Of a DNA stretch of 64,000 bases, positions 1 through 10,234 are shown in pieces. The position numbers and the translations under genes are program-made. Positions within the stretch are counted from its first letter, which is position 1; each line of letters opens with the position of its first letter. Source of the DNA: Octopus bimaculoides (taxonomy: Eukaryota); NCBI RefSeq assembly GCF_001194135.2, contig NC_068990.1:57470401-57534400 (forward strand). Reading direction: 5' to 3'. The notes under the pieces are model-generated. The model ran no database searches. It saw only the letters and a list, made by a program, of their open reading frames with translations, and had not been told where the DNA came from.

Positions 1-519
1 TGGAAATTATTTGAAACATTAAAGCTAACTATATTCTGTTTTAATGTGCTTGTTACTAAATAAAATTCTTACTGAAATAAAATGCTCCAGCATGGCTACA
101 GTCAACTGGCTGAAACAAATAAAAGAATAAAAGAATTAATCAACTTGTATTTCAAAAACCAGATTCCTCATATTTGGTACAACAATATAACACCTTTAAA
201 TGAAATTTAAAAAAAATTAACCCTTAAATTTTAAAACCAGGAAATATATTTAAAATTTTAATTTCAAGATATCCTGGATTATGTTGAAAATTATTTGGAA
301 TAATAAGACTAACTATATTATGCTTTAATATGTTAGTTATTAAAATATTTTAAATTTACTGAACAAATATAAATAGTATGACATTGTCCAGTCACTGACT
401 GCTATTTCAGCCACTTGGACCTAACCACTGACCAGTGTTAGCTCAAGGGATATAACTCACTTGGTCACTTTGTCAGTAAAGTAAAAATAGATAAATAAAT
501 AAAGATATAAATAAATGAA

Positions 520-589
520 TAAATAGGAGAGGGAGAGAGAGCAAGAGAATGTGCAAGAGAGAGAGGGAGAGAAAATAGATAAAGAATGA

Positions 590-625
<36 letters not shown>

Positions 626-864
626 TGATTAACAATCAAAGGGTAGAGGAAAACAGTTGAAAATAAAGAGGAAGAAAAAGAAGGGGTAGTGGAAGATGAG
701 GAAGGAGAGGAGAAGCATGTAGATGAAGTGAGGTAGCAAAGAAAATCAGATGCCATTTAAAAGAGAGCCAAAATATTTTAGGTGTGGAAGGTAGAGGGAG
801 ACCATGGATTTAAGGAGCAGAAGAGGAGAAGCTGAGAAAGGGTATGAAGGAGGAAACAGAATCA

Positions 865-912
<48 letters not shown>

Positions 913-1255
913 GCTAAATACAGAGAGGGGGGGAGATATATTGAGAGATAGATAGGAATAGATGCAGAGAGAGAGAGAGGCAGATACAGAGGGAGAGGGA
1001 GAGATACAAAGAGAGGGGGTAGATATAGAAAGAGGGAAGTTATACACAGAGAGAGAGAGGAGTTAGATACTGGGAGAGGGGTGAAATACAGAGAGAGGGG
1101 GATGGATACTAGAGAGGGAGTGAGATACAAAGAGGGGGATGGATACAGAGAGAAGGGGGAATAGATACAGAGAGAGGAGGATAGACACAGAGAGAAAGGA
1201 ATAGATACAGAAAAAGAGGCATAGATAAAGAGATGTGGAGAGATCCAGAAAGAAA

Positions 1256-1260
<5 letters not shown>
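520..1260. repeat. Purine-rich (GA)n and cryptic 'gatacagagagaggg' repeat region
   Basis: (GA)n tracts plus many degenerate ~20 bp units built on gatac/gatat + (ag)n. Confidence 0.85.
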
Positions 1261-1296
<36 letters not shown>

Positions 1297-1554
1297 GCCT
1301 TAATTCTTCGAAACGCCGGAGTTTTAATGGTGGCAGCTGATGAAGGGGATGTTTCTATGTGGCCTGCTTGTTTGTTGCACCTTGTTTACCATTTTGTCCT
1401 TGTTCTTTTACCACGTCATGTACCCAGTTATGTATCTATATGTACATGTAGATGAACGTATATACATACATGTACATATATATGCATNNNNNNNNNNNNN
1501 NNNNNNNNNNNNNNNNNATATATATATATATATATATATAAAGAGAGAGAGAGA

Positions 1555-1891
1555 GAGAAGGGGGATGATACATACAGAGAGAGAGAGAAGGAACTAGAGT
1601 TGGGGAGATCTAGGAAGTGAGGGTATCAGAGAAATATAGCATTTACAAGGAAGAAAAGTGAGGAGAGAGTAAAATCTCCAGCAAAGGGAAAAAGAGGGAA
1701 AGCACAGATGTTTGAAGAAGACAAGAAGAAGAAGAAGAAGATGAAAAGGGAGAATAGAGAAAAGAAAGGATAAGGAGTAAAGAAAGAAATTAACATGATG
1801 GAGAGGAAAGAAATGGGGTGGGGACAAAGAATTGAGGGTAAGAAAAAGTGAAAATTGAATTATGTATCTATCTTTCTCTCTCTGTATTTAA

Positions 1892-1934
<43 letters not shown>

Positions 1935-2300
1935 CTATTTTTCTCTTTCTGATAGAGAGGGGGTGAGGAGAAAAAGAAGGCAAAGAAGAAGAAGAAGAAG
2001 AGCAGGAGAAAACAAAGGTGAGGAGAAGGAGGAGAAGAAGACAAGAAGACTAAGAAGATAAAGGAGGAGAGTGGAGGTAGAAAAGAAAAAGGGAGGGGGA
2101 AAGGAGAAGGAGAAGAAATGGTAGAGAAGGGGGAAGGGTAGAGAAGAAGAAGAGGGGAGAGAGGAAGTAAAAGAAGAAATGATGATGTGATGATGATGAA
2201 GAAGACGATGAGGATAATGAAGAAGTAAAAGATGATGATGACAAGGATGAGGCTGGTGAGATGACAACGGCGACGATGATGATGATGACAATAACAATAT
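1555..2300. repeat. GA-rich low-complexity region with (GAA)n, (CT)n and (GAT)n tracts
   Basis: Simple repeats read directly. Confidence 0.85.
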
Positions 2301-2585
2301 TTCTCTGAATAAGCAGGTTATATACCATACTTGCTGGCACCAATATGAATGAGGCATTCTTAATTGTTAACTATATATAAGAAGATAAAAATGTTTTGAT
2401 CCAATTATTTAAACAAACTAACTTGTAGTGAGTGAAGGAGAGATATTCACTTCATTGCTTAACCTGTCATCATTTAAACTGGACATATCCGGCCAAAACA
2501 TTCTACCTGTATAATGTTCAAAACAGCTAGATCTGACTTCTCACACCTACCCTACAATGTCATTGTAAATATAAACAATTACATA

Positions 2586-2750
2586 GGCGTAGGAGTGGCT
2601 GTGTGGTAAATAGCTTGCTTGCGAACCACATGGCTCCGGGTTCAGTCCCACTGCGTGGCACCTTGGGCAAGTGTCTTCCACTACAGCCTCGGGCCGACAA
2701 AAGCCTTGTGAGTGGATTTGGTAGACGGAAACTGAAAGAAGCCCGTCGTA

Positions 2751-2807
<57 letters not shown>

Positions 2808-2998
2808 TTGTGTGTCTGTGTTTGTCTCCTCACCATCGCTTGACAACCGATGCTGGTATGTATATGTCCCCGTAACTTAGCGGTTCAGCAAACAGAGACC
2901 GATAGAATAAGTCCTGGGGTCGATTTGCTCGACTAAAGGTGGTGCTCCAGCATGGCCGCAGTCAAATGACTGAAACAAGTAAAAGAGAGTAAAAGAGA
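2586..2998 (+). mobile_element. tRNA-derived SINE family A, near full length
   Basis: A-box tggctgtgtggt, B-box ggttcagtccc, central (AT)n/(GT)n, tail agtaaaagag; more than 12 similar copies in the window. Confidence 0.9.
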
Positions 2999-3082
2999 AT
3001 TACATCATTGGAATATTGAAACTATGAGTTAATGAGTGATTGATTAAAAAATGTGAATAAATAAGCATTACATTTGATAAGT

Positions 3083-3432
3083 GAAGGCGCATGGCTCAGT
3101 GGCTAGAGTGTCGGTCTCACAGTCATGAGGTAGTGAGTTCGATTCCTGGATGGGCTGTGTGTTGTGTTCTTGAGCAAGATACTTTATTTCATATTGCTTT
3201 ATTTCACTAAGCTGTAGAAATGAGTTGAGATGTAACTGGTATCAAGCTGTATCAGTCTTTGCTTTTCCCTGGGATAACATGGGTGGCTGATATGCATGGG
3301 TGACTGCTGGTCTTCCATAAACAATCTTGCACAGACTAGTGCCTTGGAGGGTAACTTACTAGGTGCAATCTTATGGTCATTCAGCATGGCCACAGTCAAA
3401 TGACTGAAACAAGCAAAGGGTAAAAGAGTAAA
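3083..3432 (+). mobile_element. tRNA-derived SINE family D (CORE-like centre) ending in a family-A tail
   Basis: A-box tggctcagtgg, B-box gagttcgattcc; body homologous to 22345-22674; last ~50 bp match the family A tail. Confidence 0.8.
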
Positions 3433-3519
3433 AGTGTACAGCAAAAGATATTATGTAAGAGTTATAAAAATCAAACGATATCAAAAAGCACATGTTAGCT
3501 TAGCATGCAGTAATATAGT

Positions 3520-3715
3520 CATGCGTGCAGGCTTCGCTGTGTGGTTAAAAAGCCCACATTGTAACCACAAGGTTTCAGGTTCAGTCTCACTGTGTGGCAC
3601 CTTGAGCAAGTGTCTTCAACTATAGCCTCAGGTTGAACAATGTCTTGTGAGTGAATTTGCGGAAAATCCATCATATAAATATTTATCTGTTTATCAATGT
3701 GAGTGNNNNNNNNNN

Positions 3716-3757
<42 letters not shown>

Positions 3758-3995
3758 ACGCGCACACACACAAACATGTCTTCAGGTGTGTATTTGTCCC
3801 CTACTGCTGCTTGGCAACAGGTGTTGGTTTGGTTGCATCCCTGTAAAGTAGCAGTTCAGTAAAAGAGATTGATAGAATCAATATCAGAGTTTTAAAACAC
3901 AGGTACTGGGGTTCGATATATCTTTCAGCTAAAACCCCTTCAATGCAGTGGTACAGCATAATCTGCAATCCAACAACTGTAACTAGTGAAAGAAG
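3520..3995 (+). mobile_element. SINE family A, diverged
   Basis: Homology to 2586-2998 along its length. Confidence 0.8.
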
Positions 3996-4092
3996 ATAAC
4001 AGATCAAATATATATGTTTGAGAGTAAAGGCCAGGAAAATACAGGCATTCGCAGCACTTGTAGGGTAATTGATTTCTGTTATATATACATAA

Positions 4093-4128
<36 letters not shown>

Positions 4129-4554
4129 NNNNNNNNNNNNNNNNNNNNNNNNNNNNNNNNNNNNNNNNNNNNNNNNNNNNNNNNNNNNNNNNNNNNNNNN
4201 NNNNNNNNNNNNNNNNNNNNNNNNNNNNNNNNNNNNNNNNNNNNNNNNNNNNNNNNNNNNNNNNNNNNNNNNNNNNNNNNNNNNNNNNNNNNNNNNNNNN
4301 NNNNNNNNNNNNNNNNNNNNNNNNNNNNNNNNNNNNNNNNNNNNNNNNNNNNNNNNNNNNNNNNNNNNNNNNNNNNNNNNNNNNNNNNNNNNNNNNNNNN
4401 NNNNNNNNNNNNNNNNNNNNNNNNNNNNNNNNNNNNNNNNNNNNNNNNNNNNNNNNNNNNNNNNNNNNNNNNNNNNNNNNNNNNNNNNNNNNNNNNNNNN
4501 NNNNNNNNNNNNNNNNNNNNNNNNNNNNNNNNNNNNNNNNNNNNNNNNNNNNNN

Positions 4555-4598
<44 letters not shown>

Positions 4599-5125
4599 CA
4601 CACACACACACACACTCACACATGTCAAAAAGTAGTGCAAAGAAAACATAAAAGCCTATGTATGTGCAAAACAAAAGTAAAGCAAGCCATGATATTGGAG
4701 TAAAATAACAAAAAATATATGAAAAAAACCAACATGGACAGACGGATAGATAAATAAAGACAACCAAAATAATGTCACAAATAGTTATATTTCATGTATT
4801 ACTTTACTCTTCAATATATCAAGCAATAAATATGGAAATGTGCAAAATATATGAATAACTGAACACATGTTTATCCATCAGTCAAGAATGACACATAGAT
4901 AAACATGGAAATAATGCGATAGTTTCCTCACATGCAGCTAACAAGCACGCTATTTTATCAAGTTTCCACTCAAGCTTAAAAAGAAAGGAAAGCAAATGCC
5001 TGTGCACTACACCTGCCCTCTCTGAAAATGATTGAATCACAATACATCTTATTTGCATACCAACTTCTAAGAGAACAACGAATTCAAAGTAATGTTACAT
5101 GCATATACACACTTATGTTATACAT

Positions 5126-5166
<41 letters not shown>

Positions 5167-5466
5167 NNNNNNNNNNNNNNNNNNNNNNNNNNNNNNNNNN
5201 NNNNNNNNNNNNNNNNNNNNNNNNNNNNNNNNNNNNNNNNNNNNNNNNNNNNNNNNNNNNNNNNNNNNNNNNNNNNNNNNNNNNNNNNNNNNNNNNNNNN
5301 NNNNNNNNNNNNNNNNNNNNNNNNNNNNNNNNNNNNNNNNNNNNNNNNNNNNNNNNNNNNNNNNNNNNNNNNNNNNNNNNNNNNNNNNNNNNNNNNNNNN
5401 NNNNNNNNNNNNNNNNNNNNNNNNNNNNNNNNNNNNNNNNATATATTAATACATATAAATATATCA

Positions 5467-5504
<38 letters not shown>

Positions 5505-5714
5505 TACTTCATGCTTCATATATATATAGCATATACACATATATATGCATTATACATATATGATATTCATGTATTTATTATTCTTTAACAAGAATAGTAC
5601 TGCCAGCATTAAAGAACACTAACATTGTAGTCTACAAAAGTATGGAATATCCCTCAGATTAATGTAAAACTATTTTTATGCCAACTGAACATAAAACTAA
5701 ACATTAATACATAG

Positions 5715-5779
<65 letters not shown>

Positions 5780-5902
5780 AATGTACATTTTTATATATGT
5801 ATGTATGTATGTATCATCAGTAAATCATAAATCCGAAAGAGAAGCACACTCTAATGGAGCAGCAGAGTAATTAGATAAAGATAGTTATGGCTGGTCTATG
5901 GG

Positions 5903-5957
5903 GTTACCCAGGGTTTCACATCCATAAAGCATTTAGTTTTACTGTGTTTCTTCAGAC
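5903..5957 (-). ncRNA. Degenerate hammerhead-like motif
   Basis: Minus strand CTGAAGA...GAAA-CCCTGGG-TA with palindromic stem III; stems I and II only 2-3 bp. Confidence 0.3.
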
Positions 5958-6269
5958 ATTAATGCCTAGTATGTGTGTGTGTATGTGTGTTTAAAATATA
6001 TATATGGTATGTATGTAAATGATATGTACATATATGCATGATATATGAATTGTTTGTTGGATAAATTCATCCATTTCTTTCTAACAGTATATGAAGTAAA
6101 ATTGCAAAATAATTTTATTGTAGTTTTATCATAGCTGCTATTACTAAAAGAATTGTAAATAAATGGTTTACACCATAAATTGTTTATACTCTTCAAAGAT
6201 AGTAAATTGAGCATCTGAGTCTTACCATATTCTGTCTGGCCTCTTCATTTCAAGGAGAATTGATTGAAC

Positions 6270-6755
6270 AAGCTCATCCACGAGAATCTAAGTTGATTAA
6301 TAATCAATTGATCCAACAGATAGGATGTTCCTCTGACAGCCACCACCCATGTGATGGGTAAGGCCCAGCAATCTGAACAGTGACTCGGTATGCTTTCATC
6401 ACATTGCTAATTTGCCAAAAATTTTATTTAAAGACCAGTTGGTAAGTTCTACCATAACCACCAAACTCTCCTCATAAAGTACCTTCGGGCTACCACCTTT
6501 TCCAGTTGCTTACCAACAGTCTGTGAGGTATTTCCTTCAACAATAATGTGAAGCTGCAAAAGCTAGATGAATTCTTCGTGTCACATCTCAATGATTTCAT
6601 CGGGGCATTAACAAGCTAGAAGAATGTTGGCAAGAAGTTCTGAAGAAAGGGGAATATATTATTGACTGATTTGTTAAAACATTGATGAAATGTAAGAATT
6701 AGAATAAATGGGAAAAGTTAATGAATTTATCTAACGACCAAATGTTTATAAGAAT
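6270..6755 (+). mobile_element. Decayed mariner transposase C-terminus and 3' end
   Basis: Translates W*VLP*PPNSPHKVPSGYHLF (WEVLPHPPYSPDLAPSDYHLF-like) and INKLEECWQEVLKKGEYIID*. Confidence 0.8.
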
Positions 6756-6786
6756 ATACATGTTACATATATCTTGTATATTTATA

Positions 6787-7193
6787 TACTCTTTTACTCT
6801 TTTACTTGTTTCAGTCATTTGACTGTGGCCATGCTGGAGCACCGCCTTTAGTCGAGCAAATCGACCCCAGGACTTATTCTTTGGATGCCTAGTACTTATT
6901 CTATCAGTCCTTTTTGCCGAACCGCTAAGTTACAGGGACGTAAACACACCAACATCGGTTGTCGAGCGATGTTGGGGGGCAAATAAAGACACACACATAC
7001 ATAAATATGTATATATATATACATATATACGACGGGCTTCTTTCAGTTTCCGTCTACCAAATCCACTCACAAGGTTTTGGTCGGCCCGAGGCTATAGTAA
7101 AAGACACTTACCCAAGGTACTATGCAGTGGGAATGAACTCGAAACCATGTGGTTGGTAAACAAGCTACTTACCACACAGCCACTCCTGCGCCT
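6787..7193 (-). mobile_element. SINE family A
   Basis: Reverse complement of the 2586-2998 type. Confidence 0.9.
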
Positions 7194-7509
7194 ATATGTA
7201 TTATTATAATATATATAATATATGATAAATATTTTATAATATATATATTATAACAATATATATATAATATATATAATATATATAAAGAGTAAAAAGATTA
7301 TATATATACATACAAAGTATGGGGTTTAGTTCACAGGTGATCTAAATGATTAGGTACACTAAGTAAGTGCTGTAACAGATTATTAGGGCTCCAAGGTTAT
7401 AGCTGAGATGGTAGTTATGGAGCCATTGCAGATTTCCTATGCAGTGGATATATGATTGTTAAATAAGACAACAAATATTAAGGCAAGGCAAACAGCTCAA
7501 CACATATAA

Positions 7510-7917
7510 AATATTATTATTGGAAAAAATTCAATGTCTTACAGCTGTTTCTGGGATATCCCCGAGTATGGGATATTCTGTCATCAGAGACAAATTGGGA
7601 AAAATAGGAAAAATAAGAATGGTATATATTAATGAGATGATGACAGAGGAAAGGAGAAAAGGAATAAGGAGATGGAAAGAAAGAAGAAAAAAGAAGCATA
7701 AAAGTTCATAGTTCAACTTTCTGATATTGTAAAAACAAGGGCATAAGTCCTTAGGTGCAATCTTGCATAAATCCATGTGGGTTAAAATCCTAATATAGTA
7801 AACATCCAGAGAAAATATATACCATTCTCATTTTCACTATTTTTCCCTATTTCTCTCTGATGCTGGAATAGCCCATACTCAGGGATATAAGACTGAATTT
7901 TTTCCAGTAATAATATT
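7510..7917. mobile_element. Inverted-repeat element, probably Penelope-like (inverted pseudo-LTRs)
   Basis: Arms 7510-7630 and 7814-7917 are inverted copies, each carrying hammerhead sequence. Confidence 0.7.
7535..7592 (-). ncRNA. Minimal type-I hammerhead ribozyme motif
   Basis: tgtct-CTGATGA-cagaatatcccatactcggggatatccca-GAAA-cagctg-TA-agaca: 5 bp stem I, 7 bp stem II core, palindromic stem III ACAGCTGT, GUA cleavage triplet. Confidence 0.8.
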
Positions 7918-7969
7918 GTATAAGACTCGAGATGTATGCTTTGCCTTAATGTTTGTTGTCCTCTTTAAC

Positions 7970-8032
<63 letters not shown>

Positions 8033-8122
8033 TATAGATAGATCATATATCATACTATATATGTTAAAGTGTTAAAAATAAATATGTTTGTGCATGTGTG
8101 TGTGTATTTATACATACATACA

Positions 8123-8536
8123 TTGCCACAGCAGTTGTCTGGCTTCCGTGCCAGTGGCATGTAAATAGCACCATTTGCGCATGATCATTACCAGCATTGC
8201 CTTCCCAGCACTTGTGCCAATGGCATGTGAAAAGACATTCGAGCGAGGTCATTGCCAGTGTTGCTAGACTGGCTCCTGTGCAGGTGGCACGTAAAATACA
8301 CCATTTTGAGCATGGCCGTTGCCAGTACCACCTGACTAGCCTTCGTGCCGGTGTCACGTAAAAGCACCCACTACACTCTTAGAGTGGTTGGCGTTAGAAA
8401 GGGCATCCAGCCGTAGAAACTTTGCCAAATCAGATTGGAGCTTGGTGTAGCCATTCTGGCTCACCAGTCCTCAGTCAAATCATCCAACCCATGCTAGCAT
8501 GGAAAGCGGGCGTTAAACGATGATGATGATGATGAT
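8123..8536 (+). mobile_element. RTE-LINE 3' UTR fragment (or RTE-tailed SINE) with four ~66 bp internal units and (GAT)n tail
   Basis: Units start at 8148, 8214, 8278, 8345; the sequence after the RTE ORF2 stop at 10213 matches the unit sequence. Confidence 0.75.
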
Positions 8537-8783
8537 ACATATGCATATACGTATATACATATGCATATATATGCATACATATATATACATCTATATGTAT
8601 ATACATACATAAACATATATGTGTGTGTATATATATATATATATGTGCATATATATATACGTGTATATATATGTGTATATATATATGTGTATATATATAT
8701 ATATGGGTGTGTGTGTATATATATATATATATATGTGTGTATGTGTATATATATATGTATATATCTATCTATCTATATATATA

Positions 8784-9201
8784 TTTATAAATATAATTAA
8801 GGGCTCAGCAAACAGTTGCTTCACCACATTACCTTGTGACGCACATGGTAATTTCTTGAGGAGGAATAGTGAACTGGCTGGCCTATGTAGGTTCGGATGT
8901 GTTTTCAGGTTTTGCCGATGCATGATGTTCACTTGTTCATACATGCACACTTTGCTAGCACCGTCGAATTTACAACTAGAATATCATACCGATGAAGGAA
9001 ATGGAGTGTTATCACTCCTAATCCAGAAACGCATCTATGATTAACTTCGACTGGTTACTTTTCATTGTTCTTTCTTCTTGTTTTGCCTTTGTGAGTTACA
9101 AGTAATGCTATCTGTTGGAGTCTCAGCTTTCTAGCTGCTATTTCTGAACTTCGGTATGTGGTGAAGCAACTGTTTGCTGAGCCCTTAATTATGTTTATAA
9201 A
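8784..9201. mobile_element. 418 bp element with 46 bp terminal inverted repeats and an internal hammerhead motif
   Basis: 8784-8829 vs 9156-9201 match 45/46 as inverted repeats. Confidence 0.75.
8983..9041 (+). ncRNA. Minimal type-I hammerhead ribozyme motif, variant core
   Basis: atcata-CCGATGA-a-gga...ggagtg/ttat/cactcc...tcc-a-GAAA-cgca-TC-tatgat: 6 bp stem I; stem III is one CpG-type change from palindromic ACGCGT. Confidence 0.65.
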
Positions 9202-9336
9202 TGTATAAGAACTTTTAAATAAGTTCTCCACCGATAATGGTACTTACATACCGAAGGGCTTTTANNNNNNNNNNAAAAAAAAAAAAGGGCTGCTGGAATC
9301 ATCACTTGTTTCTCATCAGGGAGATCATAATAAAAC

Positions 9337-9406
9337 ATGTAGTAGCAAGACAAAAACGAAAGCTCGTAAGTTACCCCATCATTTCGTTTTTGTCTTGCTA
9401 CTACAT
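9337..9406. repeat. Perfect 25 bp inverted repeat with 20 nt loop
   Basis: atgtagtagcaagacaaaaacgaaa / tttcgtttttgtcttgctactacat. Confidence 0.9.
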
Positions 9407-9914
9407 TATTATAATTTTGTAAAAGTGTAAAAATTGTAAATAATAAAACGTGAAAATAAGACTGTGTTGGAATTTCATTCATTACTATATTCTTTTATGC
9501 GCAATCATACAAAACTCAAATATCTATCTATCTATCTATCTATATGTGTATATATATAGTTATTATATATTATATAATTCATATATATAATATACACATA
9601 CTTTGGTTCATTTTGTGGGCAAGAATGAAAAGGAGTGTGTTCAAAGTGAATAAGGAATCAATGTACATTCATAGTTATTAATTTTATAGAAGTATTCATG
9701 TATTCAGACTAACTAATATTACGATTATCATTGCAATTGTCCCAACATTATACATTGCTATGATGAACTTCACAGGTTCATGTAATAACCACATGCCTAT
9801 AGGAAAGCAAAAGTGCAAAAAGCCACATGTGTGTGTGTGTGTGTGTGTGTGTGTCTGTCTATCTATCTATCTATCTATATGTCTGTCTGTCTGTAAATAC
9901 ATGTATTACATATA

Positions 9915-10234
9915 TTACCCGTCAGAGTGTAAGTATCTTGAGAGAAAAGCTGAACATTAGAAGCATCAGTTGTGGTGTGCAAGAGAGACGATTGCGCTGA
10001 TATGGACATGTGGTGAGAATGGATGAGGATAGCTGCGTGAAAAAGTGCCACACCCTAACAGTTGAGGGAACCCGTGGAAGAGGTAGGCCCAGGAAGACCT
10101 GGGCTGAGGTGGTGAGGCAAGACCTTCGTACATTGGGCCTCACCGAGGCGATGACTACTGACCGAGACCTTTGGAAATGTGCTGTGCATGAGAAGACCCG
10201 GCAGGCCAAGTAAGATCGTTGCCAGTGCCCCTGG
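9915..10234 (+). mobile_element. RTE-clade LINE, ORF2 C-terminal fragment running into a gap
   Basis: HVVRMDEDSCVKKCHTLTVEGTRGRGRPRKTWAEVVRQDL is the typical RTE ORF2 C-terminus. Confidence 0.9.

Noticed and set aside
1-375. Diverged ~85 bp duplication (1-85 vs ~283-370)
   Set aside because: Low-identity AT-rich similarity at the window edge; cannot be assigned to an element.
2586-2660. tRNA gene-like heads (also at 3083, 19043, 20560)
   Set aside because: They have A/B boxes but no full cloverleaf, and they run into SINE bodies.
3999-4078. LPYKCCEC zinc-finger-like peptide on the minus strand
   Set aside because: No histidine pair or correct spacing, and it adjoins a SINE tail and microsatellite.
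3801-5588. Long ORFs rich in YI/CV/HT/X (also at 21674-24017, 48499-49432, 53222-54146, 60218-60673)
   Set aside because: Translations of (AT)n, (GT)n, (CA)n tracts and N gaps; not genes.
8148-8370. CRISPR-like repeat/spacer appearance
   Set aside because: Units are degenerate, lie in an RTE 3' UTR found elsewhere in the window, no cas genes are present, and the host is eukaryotic.
9305-9325. CTGATGAGAAAC on the minus strand
   Set aside because: The two hammerhead boxes abut with no stem II, and no stems I or III can be formed.
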